Assembly: GCF_006345805.1 (NCBI RefSeq)
Contig: NC_042998.1
Span: 37,944,001 to 38,008,000, forward strand
Reading direction: 5' to 3'
Source of the DNA: Octopus sinensis
Taxonomy: Eukaryota
DNA length: 64,000 nt
Part shown: piece after piece, positions 11,727-23,135 of the stretch
Position numbering within the stretch: position 1 is the stretch's first letter
Layout: every line of letters starts with the position of its first letter
Made by a program: the position numbers and the translations under genes
The notes under the pieces: generated by a model
What the model was told of the DNA's origin: nothing
Seen by the model: the letters and a program-made list of their open reading frames with translations, nothing else
Databases searched by the model: none

Positions 11727-13295
11727 GATGTATATACAACACGAAAACATCGGATTTTATCGAAACACTGGGTACGTTTCGTTTCAGCAGAAACAGCATT
11801 TGATATTATTCGTAATGCAAAAATTAAGCAGAAGCTCCATAGTCCTGCTGAGCCAACAGGATTCTTGCCTTTTGTTTTTGTTTTTGAAGAAACGACAAAG
11901 CTTGGTGGAAGTTTATGCGGGATATAATTGAATTAGCATTGGTGGATGGCTCAGGACAATTTGAATAGAATTTTAAGAATTGTGCTGGAGGTTTTATTAC
12001 ACCCTACGTATCAATGGATTCAGTACGTAAACAAATTATCATTTTACATAGAAGATACCATTCCTTATTTGTCTTATTTTTTTCCATTTTCCAGGGATTG
12101 CCAAAACACTTTAAGGAGGAAATTTTCTACAGGAAATTGGAGTCCTATCACCATTTTGTCTTATTCCTATAAATACATTTTTATACGAAATGAGTCATAT
12201 TAAACTAATTTTCCAAGAAATATGTGTTTTATTATCACTGCTTAATAGCTTTTCTTTTTACTTTACTTTTCATACAATATTTCGATAATTATTCCTTCGA
12301 ATTAATGGGAATTTGTTGTTGTTAATCCAATCTAAACTCTGATTATTCTCAAGATAATGGCTTAATTATAAAACTGTTTATTTCACTAAAGCAGGATTCA
12401 AATTTAAGTATCGAAGTTAATATCAGCAATTCTTTGAGAATAGAAAGCGAAAATATATTGATGACATAATGAGAAGCCTTATTTTCTTTCGACTCTGCAA
12501 CATATTGGGCCTGGGCGAAACTAGTGGAATAAGGTAATGTGCCTAAAAGAAGGAAACTTGTAGATCGTTTCTCTTTGCCAGCAAAGATCAAAATTGTCTT
12601 CTAAGACCGAAAATTAATTCAAATTTCTATTTTCTAAAAGAATCATCTCCAATGTTCTTTGGGTATAGCTAATAGTGATTGTTAGTTTCTCTCTGCTCCA
12701 AATAAGAAATATCAAAACTCATTTGAGTTATTTCCTTTATGCCTTTTTGGTCGTTGCAATATTTGCAGTCCGTTGTCTACCCAGAATCGTCGACAGAGCC
12801 AGATAAAATAAGTCTCGCAACACCGACCTTGGTTTTCAGCAGAGTACAAACCTCTCTAAACAAATATGACCGTGCTATATAACAGTTTTGTAATCACATG
12901 GTTCTAGGTTCAAACAATTTCTGCTGAACAAAACGTTTCCTACCATAACCTTGAACAAAGCGAAGCGTCGTTAGCAGTATTGGACAGATAGAAACACTGT
13001 GGCAGCACGCCACATGGGCTGGAATTGTTATTCCAAGATTTTAGCAGAGTTATCTCTGTTGCAAGCATTTGTATCATTTTTCCGTTCATTCCTCTCCATC
13101 ACACACAAGACCCTGATGTACAAAAATTGCAAAACAATTTCCGTTATTTCTCTGAATAAACCATAAAAATAATGAAAATTTAAAAAATAACACTGAATTG
13201 ATCTTTTCTCCATAAAAGTGAAGAAAGTGTAGAATAATTAGTTGACGCTCAATTAAAAACAGAGTAAATATTGATATCTAATAATTTTGTGTTAC

Positions 13296-13512
13296 AAGGC
13301 GGCGAGCTGGCAGAATCGTTAGCAAGCCGGACATAATGTTTAGCGACATTTTGTCTGTCTTTACGTTATGAATTCAAACTCCGCCGACGTCTACTTTGAA
13401 ATTCATACTTTCGGGGTCTATAAAATAAGAACCAATTGAGCTCTGGGATCGTTCTTCTCGAGTTAGCCCTTTCCCGAAATTGCTGGCCTTGTGTTGAAAT
13501 TGGAAACTAATA
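13296..13512 (+). mobile_element. SINE family A copy
   Basis: AAGGCGGCGAGCTGGCAGAATCGTTAGC head, GAATTCAAACTCCGCCGA B-box region, tail GGCCTTGTG...GAAACTAATAAT. Confidence 0.88.
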
Positions 13513-16500
13513 ATTTTACAGACAAACAGATTTTAAGATGGCATTGAATATTACGAGTCAAAAACTAAAACTGCTGATATTCTTTACGTGGTAGCCAGAC
13601 GAGTCAATATTGGTTGCACTTATTTAAATGTTTTGTTTCATTTCCTAAACAGGTGCAAACTTCAAAGTTGGTCGTTCTGGGATTTATTTTTCGGAAACAA
13701 TTAAATCAACACAAACTAAGTACAACCTAAATTGTAACTCATTTATATTGGACTGTATTGTCTATTAAGCTATGTACTGAAATCAGCTGGTAAGTCAAGT
13801 TTCTATGTACACAATCTTTCCTGAACATACACATGCACTTATATAAATATTTATATACAAGTCGATGGGACATATGAGCAAGTTTTAACCAACCAACACA
13901 CAAATACTACAAACATGTCGTCTCATGGTATCTTACCAACAGCATTTCACAACTTACTATATTACATATTTTACTTAAAATTTTCGTTTGATTTTATTTT
14001 ATAAAATTAAAGACCGAGAATGAATATGTCAAAATTGTTTTTATATTTGTATAATCTCCCTCATTAGTTCTTATAAGATACTAATTATACGCAAGACTGC
14101 AAGAAATATCAGTAACAATATAGAAATAACAACATATCAAGTACAATTACGTCAGCATTGAAGTGATTTTAGTCTGTTCAATATACAATTAGAAAGCAGT
14201 TAAGTCCTAGTTTCTAAACGGTTCTCACCACTGACGTAATTCTGGATAAATTACCAATAACATGTATGTCATTTGGCATACATTGTTATATCAGGATTTC
14301 TTAATGAACAATATTCCAGATGGTTGTAGACAATGCGGCAAAGATATGAGCTCCGTAAATGGATGAAGACAGAATCCACGAACTCTATGTTTACGTTGGA
14401 AATTCATTATTCGCTACTTTCTCGAAAAGTAATAACTTCTTTTGAAATGAATCATGTTAGATTTTAGGAAAGAGTAACTTAAACCGGTTAAATTGACATC
14501 TATCAAAGTAGAGAAGACAAAATCGAAGTTGATTATTTTAGAAAATTGCGGCGAATAATTCCCGAGTTCTACTGCATGATCAAACTAAATATCTTCGTCT
14601 TTTTCTTTCACATGTTACCTGCCTCTAATATTCACAATGCCATTCAATTAACGTGACAACGACAAATTCCATTCCAGAAAGTTCTGAGCTCAGAAGATAG
14701 AAAAACAAATTTTTTTTTCATCCAGTGCGCTTTTTATTCTGACAATGATTTTGCTTGTTTATGATATTAAATAAAGAATACCTTAGAATTTTTTACTCAA
14801 TTAATTCTCTCCGTATATTTTCGTTGGCATTTAATATTTTGAATCAGCTTCCAGAATCAGTTTTTTCATCTTTACCGTTCCCCTAGACTTATAGGATCGA
14901 ATTAACACACTTGTTGATAAGTTTTGTATCTATAATCTTAATTTAAGAATATATATTTCAGAATTAACTTACAATGCGTTCTTGCATAATGCTTCTTCTT
15001 AAAAGACCTATTAAATGCATTATTACAACAAAAACTCGACAGAGTATAAATTAAATTTCTAGATTCTGTTCAAATTATCACATAACTCGTGTTTCAAGAT
15101 GTTGATTTTATTAATTCTAGTCGAACGTGGAAGTGTGAAAGATATCTTTGCTTCCCTGCTGGATTACAACTTTAAAATAGATAAAAGTATCGAAGACATT
15201 GCAAAATTGACATTTTATTAGTTCTGTTACTTTAACTGGTTTATTAAAAATGCAATACAAACCGAAACTAATTAATTCTTCAAGTTTAAAGTTTACTAAA
15301 ATGTTTCAACAGCAAGAGATCATTTTGGAAAGTGTTTTCTAATATTATATTTTCATAACCATTTTATTATTGGGTGTAAACAAATATCCATCTGAATAAG
15401 AAAACTAGCTTCCGATGAGTTGTAAAAAAAAAACAAAAAAAAACGACCAGACTACTACTCTTCAAAATATTAAAGTAGGCAAACTGCATGGAATTCGATG
15501 CATAGAATATTATTATTGTTATCATACGCAAGAATGATGTTTCAGAAAGTAACTTGATGAGTAGAGGCTTCCATATATTATATTAACAGAAATTTAGATG
15601 GTGTTTACTCTTAGCTTAAAGTACCGGTCTACTGAGAAAAGTTGTTTAGCACTAATTCACGCCCAATAGGTGAAATAAATAAGTAAATTAAATAAATTAA
15701 AATAGGTGAAATAAATAAATAAAAATAACCCTCCGCAGGTTTTGCAAGCTCTTCTAAATCTATTTCAATGCCTGAAACCCTTCCGTATCGTCAGCAGGTA
15801 TCTCAGGGTCACGCGCGTTTCGTTCTATATAGTCTGTACGCTTCACATGAGTAGAGCAGCGAAAACTGAGCTAGTATTTATCTACGGAAGAGTCCCTTAT
15901 CAACCCTAATCATCTTGAGCTAGTATTACGCGATTTGCCTGTTTCCTTGAGGGCTTTCAACAGTTGTCTGCGTCCTAGGCCTATCTTCAAGTCTGGTGGA
16001 ACATACCTATGTTTAAACTAGTTCAATTGTGATCATTCCATCCTTCTATAAATTTTAATGTGGTATGTCCTTACATATGAAGATAGAGATTTGGCTATAA
16101 TTGCTAGCAAGTGCAACCATTATCAAGAGACTGGTTCGACTAACGTAAGTGTTTGTTACAAGTCTTCTGTCATTACCCGAGCTAATGGACTGAAATCTCA
16201 AGTGTCCTACCTTGACGATATTAAATACTCTTGTATAACTTAGAAGTGACGAATTCTACACGAGAGATATAATTCACTCGTTTGAACTTCTGAAATAGAA
16301 TTCAACGAAATGCATAAACTTTCAATTGATGGGATTCAGTTGGTTAATTCTCTATTGGTGTGATTAAAATAGATACATTCTTAAGCTGGCTTTTTGTGAT
16401 CTGATAAAATTTGAGGTACCACTTACAAATAGTAATTTGTAAAGCATTTTGAAGCAAAACCTCTTGGTTAAGACACAATAAATAACTACGTTTAATAGCC

Positions 16501-16898
16501 CTCGGTAATGCGTACATAAGAAAATAAACAATTTCACCACGAACGCTTTGGATTTCTATCTGACATTCTCTGCTAGAACTTAAATGATATTTGAAAGAAT
16601 AAAAGTTAATTATCATTCAAAACGTTAATTTAAGTGCAAAACGAAAACGGCTGAATTTTAAACATTGCTGTTTTTCTTCTTGTTTTATTGTTAATCAATG
16701 ATACAAACGATAATTAATGACACTCTGAGTCTTCCTAGAAAACTTATATAGCTATATTAACATGGCGTTAAGAAGGCGGTTGTCAATGTTTCACATTTGA
16801 TTAAGTAATTAAAAGAAAAATAATACAGAAATGCAAATATATATATATATATAAAACATAATTACACACACATACATGTATACATACATACATATATG

Positions 16899-16935
<37 letters not shown>

Positions 16936-18220
16936 ATAAAAGCAACACATATATATACACAATACTTAAAGATATCTTTAGCATGACGATAGTACAGAGA
17001 ATGCTTATTATGGAATCTGTTTTGAAAATGGTCGAAAGAGACGGTACTGATGTCACATTAAATTGTCACAGAACCGACAGACATATCGTAGAGAGACGAA
17101 TTTTGCTGTTCAATTCAATATTCGATTATGGTATATTGACTTTAATGTCAAAATAAAAAGTTTAGTTTATTTTATAGCAATTTTAGTAAGTGTGTAGTAT
17201 TGAAAATGAAAAAAAAAATCCTGTATTTTGTCTATTTGATTAATCACTTTCCGAAATTACGAAATTTGCAATTATATTTCACGTATCTTTATAGCTTCTT
17301 TTTTTTTATTTTACGTCTGTACACAATTTGATAAGGGCAAATCGTAGAATATTACATTAGAATAACACATTGAAAGGCATTTCATTATCTTCTGTAATGT
17401 TATGCTAGAACAAAGTTTAACAAAGGTGAAACAATAATAACAACTACAATTTTTAAAGGAAACGGATTAACGTGCATTATTGCAAAGAATGAGAGATAAG
17501 AATCCAAATCTCAATTTCTTGACAAAATGGCTGAAAAAATGTTCCTGACTAAACCCACAGAATGATAAAACAGTTGAATCAACCTCAGTAACAGCTGAAG
17601 CAATTTCTCGTGTATTTATGTTTTCAATTCACAAGTAGATTTACTGATGAACCAACAAATGACACCCTACTCTCAAATAGGCTGCACACATTGGATAACG
17701 CAGTTCAAACTACACTGTAATTGAAACATTTGAATTCTCTTGAACACGACTATATTCTCGATACGACTATATTGACACTCTCGTGCTTACCGCATACTGA
17801 TAACCATACATATAAAGATGGCGAGGTAATTCATATGTTACCTTTTAGATACTAATAAATTACTTCACCATCAATCTCACTTCGGATTTTAGAACTCTGT
17901 AATAGATTGTTCCTCTGATGATCCGATGCGGTTAGACATCCAGCTTTCTTAGAACATCCGCTGCTCAGTTCCAAATAATTATTACACCCTTATAGTTTTC
18001 CCATACATCCCGCATACACTCTATATAGTATAACTAATAACACTACTTAGTGTGGTGTTAGACTATAGTGGAATGCACACTCGATAATGATAATCTATGT
18101 TGTGCTCTAAACCATACAGCAATAGTCGTACATCTAACTGTACACACACACACACCACATATACACTCACGCACACACACACAGGTGCGTGTGTGTATGG
18201 ATGTATGCATGTATGTATGT

Positions 18221-18940
18221 CATTGTTCAGTTTTATTTCAAAATTTCTTGCCGATAGAGAAAGAGCTGGTTTCTAACCTAGATCCAAGGCTCCATCACTG
18301 GAATTTCAACATCAGCAACAGGTTATTTTTGTTTATGTATGTACGTATGTATATATGTATGTGTACAGATTTGTATGTTTTCTTTTATGTATGTATTATC
18401 ATGCATATAATAGCATATCTAGACATGCTCATATTTAAAATTCTGGAAAGTTCTACAAACTTTTACAGTTCCAGTCATGGACTGGATCTGTAGACTTTCT
18501 CCTTTCTGGTTTTGAGAAGCCTAATTCCTTAGGAGTGTGTTACATATCCTATGTATATATGTTACTGTTCATTTTTATTTCAAGATTTCTTCCAATAGAC
18601 AAAGATCTGGTTTCTAAGCTGGATTTAAGGCTCCGCCATTGGAATTTCAACATCAACAACAGAGTATTTTGTTTGTGTGTATGTATGTATGTATGTATGT
18701 ATGTGTGCAGATTTGTATGTTTTGTTTTATATATGTATTCTCATGTATATATTTGCAAATCTAGAGATGCACATATATATTTAAATAATAAACTTCTGGT
18801 AAGTTTTACAAATTTTCACAGTTCCAGTGATGGATTGGATCTGTAGTCTTCGAATTAGCATTCTCCTTTCTGTTTTGAAAAGCCTAATTACTCAAGATTT
18901 ATATTTAGGCAGTGTATTACATATCTTATATATGTATGTA
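18221..18940 (+). repeat. Two tandem copies of an about 345-bp dispersed repeat unit
   Basis: Units start at 18221 and 18562 and share TTATTTCAAxATTTCTT...GGAATTTCAACATCA...TCTAGA...TTTTGAxAAGCCTAATT. The same unit occurs inverted at 30145-30445 and 35045-35430. Confidence 0.88.
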
Positions 18941-18944
18941 TCTA

Positions 18945-19030
18945 CGTATGTATGTATGTATGTATGTATGTATGTATGTATGTATGTATGTATGTATGTA
19001 TGTATGTATGTGTGTGTGTGTATGTATGTG
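18945..19030. repeat. (TATG)n tetranucleotide microsatellite
   Basis: Direct inspection. Confidence 0.95.
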
Positions 19031-19843
19031 TAGTATAACCGTTCTCAACGTCCGGTTGTCACCAACTGTAACTGCTTACTGATGTACGCGTATATGTCAT
19101 CAGTTATAAACATTAGGTTTGGCTGCGTTCTGACAGGTTATTATCGTTCATATAGATTTGGGTATCATTATATATGCATATAATGTATATACATATAGGT
19201 AAACGTCGCTGTGTTTCACTGACCTAACTGCGATAAAGAGTTTAGAGGTAGAAGCAAAACGCATATAAGTACTATACACACTCAGCTGCGTTCAGCATGT
19301 ATGTTGAATAAAACCGACATTTCACGGTTATACGAGAGTTTAAAAAGGATAAGAAAGTCTGTTTGATAACAAGGCGAAAATATCTTTAGAAGTAAATTTA
19401 AGAAGTCATGTTTATTCTGAAAATGTTATTTAGTTTCATCATACTGGGTTGACTGCATTCTCCTGTGTTGACAAAGGTTTGAGTATATCTCCCTAGGGGT
19501 GCATGCAAATTAATCTTAAACTAATTCATTTTTCCTTATTAACATACGATAAGAGTCCGAACACATTATACAAAAGAGAAGAACGGACTGGATTTAACAC
19601 CAATCGTTTCTTTACAGAGAGTACTAGAAATATAAACAGCGAATTCATCAATACATAATCATTATGGAAAAATAGCAGTATATATTATTTATGAAACAAA
19701 CATTTTAAAAAAGCATCTGTCGCGAGAATGGCGACAGGATAAATTTACTTGGCTAGTTCTTTAAACTACACTAACAGGTGGAGAAGAGCATGTCAAGGTC
19801 GTGAAGACTGAAAAATGCAAAATAGCAATGCAGAAATGAGTGA

Positions 19844-19905
19844 CAAGGTCCCGTGAGGCAACCAAGGTCCCGTGAGGCAACCAAGGTCCCGTGAGGCAAC
19901 CAAGG
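19844..19905. repeat. Perfect 19-bp tandem repeat, 3 copies plus 5 nt (CAAGGTCCCGTGAGGCAAC)
   Basis: Copies at 19844, 19863 and 19882 are identical. Confidence 0.95.
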
Positions 19906-20139
19906 GTCACTAAATAATTTCCCCAAAATCTGGATTTAAATAACTGCCGTAAATCCAATTCTAGACGCCTTTCTCCATTAAAAAGAACATCTTCACGGAG
20001 CAGTAAAATTAATCAATGAAAAAGTGTAAGACATTTATAAACAAAAGACAGCCGACATGTCTATTACGTCATGCTGTTGCTGCTGCTAAAATCTATAACC
20101 GCTAAAATAGTAAGAGTAGCAAAAAAAAACAGAGAAAAG

Positions 20140-21285
20140 AGACTTGGGGAAGGATGTCACCTTGCTTGATACCATTTGCTACAAAAATGGGTCCCGCCAT
20201 GCCACCACCAACATTGACCCAAGCCTCCATCCCGTCATGAAATGATTTAATTATTGACACAAAGTGATCCAGGCATCCAAGTTTGCCAAGTATTTTCTAT
20301 AAGGAGGCCCTATCCACAGTATGAAAGGCCTTGGTTAAATCAATGAATACCTGGACAAGATCCATATTCTGCTCATAGCACCATCTCTCCAGATTACGCT
20401 AATAAGTTCAGGAAGAGAGTATGTGTTGTGATCACCACCAAATAGCAGGACTTCAGCACAAATACCAACATTACCAGATGCCTTACAAATGTTCAATTTA
20501 CTTATAGCTGTCATTATAGCTCCCACTTGTTGCTGTCTTTATAAACCGCATCTATTGAGGTCTTGGAATTTAAGGAGCTAATGACAGGTCTCTGTTGTAA
20601 ATTGTCAATCACTGGTTCGTCCACAAATAACTCATGGTGTAGAAGTTCAGAAAAAAAGTGTTCTCTGTTGATTTAGTAAATAGAGTAAAAATCTCCTTGG
20701 AAAGCAAAGGAGCTGATGCAGAGCTCTTAGGCCCATACAGTTTGCCTCATAAGATGGTAAAGCTTCTTGCTGTCCTATGCATCAGCAGCAGCCTGAAAAT
20801 CATGAGCAAGATCCTCCCACCAAGTGTTCTGCACCTTCCTGAGAGATCGCTGCAGTAGTGATTTTACACTGCTCTAGTGGGCAAGTGCTAGATTTCGCTG
20901 CACATCTGAAAGTCCTCTGTAAAGCAATACATTGTAGGCATGGCTTTTTACAACTAATAGTGTCCGAACTTCAGCATCATTTTCATCAAACCAGTCTCTG
21001 TGTCTTGGCAGTATCACATCCCAGTGTTTCAGCAGCACATTGAAAAACCTGGTCTCGAAAATCTTCCCACATTGTAGTATTTTCAATGCTGGACAAGCGA
21101 GTCTGAAGCTCTTTCTTCAACACAGCATCATATATCTTATGGACATTTAGACGCCAAGGAATGCCAACCGGTCCTCTTCTTTCTTTCATTCTGATCATCA
21201 TCTGGAACTTTGTTCGCACCAGGCTGCGAAAAGCTTTTGCTGTGAACAGTAATATTTTCTCCTCGGTTACAAGTGGACGGCCATC
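20140..21285 (-). mobile_element. RTE-clade LINE ORF fragment (pre-RT and RT domain), decayed
   Basis: Minus-strand peptides WEDFRDQVFQCAAETLG, HRDWFDENDAEVRTLL, KASGNVGICAEVLLFGG and FIDLTKAFHTVDRASL*KILGKLGC...SFHDGM...NGIKQGDIL match RTE/BovB-type RT motifs. Confidence 0.9.
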
Positions 21286-22716
21286 ATGTATGCATGTATA
21301 TAGAACATAAATGAGGTTTAATATTTAGGAATTTAGGACAGCTGGTTCGGTAGAATTTTATTGATGTAGTCATAGACTACATCATAGACTATAACCACCA
21401 TCTTCAAGTAAGGTGTCACACAGGTGAGAAGATCTCCCGGAATAAATAACTCTAGAGATATTTTGATTAGGAATAGTTTCAATTGCAAAAGAGCGTATAT
21501 CCATGCATCGAAAGTTGGGATCTAAACAAGGATATTTATTCTAATTTCTCTCAACAAAAGCATTTTGGAATTTATAGTTTGTAGAAATTTATTTGCCGTC
21601 ATTAAAATGTGGCGCCTTAAATCATATGGAGAGAAAGAAATTTTGCAAATTGAAAGTAATTCAAAACATATTGCATTGTTTCGTTTTTACTCACTCCTAT
21701 ATTTTGCATGTTTTGAGCGAAATACCTAGATTTGCATAAATAATGGAACATACGTAGTACAGGTATGACAAATACTTTCTTTAGCATCAAACAATATTTA
21801 AAATTAGTCATGTGATGATTAGGCAAACACAAAACAATTAGATGTATCAGACTCGCAAATCTCATCGTAAAGTTTATATTGAACAATATTGTTTTTCAGG
21901 TACAAACGATGTGACCGTCACGGGAGGACTACATTTTCTGTTTTCTTTTTCTTGTCAATTTGTTTCTAATAACGCTGTAAATATATTAGAATTTAACAGG
22001 CTGCTGTTAAAACGGAAGTTGTTTACATGTCTTTCTTGGAGAGTATTTGCATGATAATCATATTAAATTCAATTCAGACTCGGAACCTTGCTTTCGTTAT
22101 ATATTTATACATAATATTTGTTCGTGTACTTAAAGTGCATTATCAGCTATGGTGCTAATTACTTACAATTATTTACCAACATTAAATTTGTGAATGAAAA
22201 TAAATGGATTTAGACACGATAGAATATCAAACATGTCAATACAGCATGCGAACTCTTGGAATACCGAGAAAAGCAAAGTCAAACCAAGCTTAATCTAGAA
22301 GAACGGAAAGAAATACAAGGATATATTTACACGACACTATCTCGGTTCTTCTTCATAACACACCTTATATATAATCAATGAAGTAAGTACCTGTGTAATT
22401 CTGTCACCTATTTTATAAAAGCTAGCGTACGCAAAAATATTTGGACACAGGTATTGTGTCCTGGTACCATTCACAAGACGGTCAAAGAAGTATTACTACT
22501 GATCGGTCACTTGACTTTTGTTTGTTTTCCTTTCGGTTTATTGGTTGATCAACTTTTCTTAAGAATTGGTGAATTAGAAAATGTCTACGATCTGAACAGA
22601 ACGAAGTCAAAATAGAAATCATTATTAATTTGACACAAAACGGAGTATACTCATCATAATAATTAAAGAAAGCACATGAACTATTTGTGCTTTTACAAAC
22701 TACAGGTAAGAATATA

Positions 22717-23135
22717 GGCGCAGGTGTGGCTGAGTGGTGAGAAACTTGCCTCCCAACCGCCTGCTTCCGAGTACAGTCCTACTGTGTGGCATCTTGGGTC
22801 AGTGTCAGTACTCTAGCCTCAGTCCGTCAAAGCTTTCTGAATAGATTTGGTAGGCGGACACTGAAAGAATTGTGTCGTGTATGTGTTTGTGTGTGTGTTC
22901 GTCTTTGTGTCTTTGTCCCACACCATCGCTTGATAACCGGTGCCGGTTTGTTCATGTTCCCATTAGGTAACTGTTCGGCCAAAGAAATCGTTGGAATAAA
23001 CAGCAGACATAAAATAAGGACTGGTTGCGGGGGGGGGGGCGGTCGATTCATTCCACTAAAACTCTTCAAGGTGGTGCTCCAGCATGGCCAAAGTCTGAAA
23101 CATGTAAAAAAAAATAAAATAAAAGTAAAAAGATA
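22717..23135 (+). mobile_element. SINE family B copy
   Basis: GGCGCAGGTGTGGCTGAGTGGTGAGAAACTTGC head and tail GGTGGTGCTCCAGCATGGCC...GAAACA..AAAAG, homologous to 3556. Confidence 0.85.

Noticed and set aside
11415-11927. 170-aa ORF as a protein-coding gene
   Set aside because: It runs through a (TG)n tract and a SINE B fragment; no recognisable domain.
12300-12560. LCNILGLGETSG resembling a bacterial ATPase C-terminal motif (horizontal transfer)
   Set aside because: Too short, surrounded by stops, and no other domain motifs.
17681-17825. ATGGCGAG|GTAATT as the first coding exon of the plus-strand transcript
   Set aside because: No downstream phase-compatible exon gave an open frame (21901 stops after 22 codons); support is only a chance-level motif.
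19844-19905. CRISPR-like short direct repeats
   Set aside because: The repeats are contiguous with no spacers, there are no cas genes and the context is eukaryotic.
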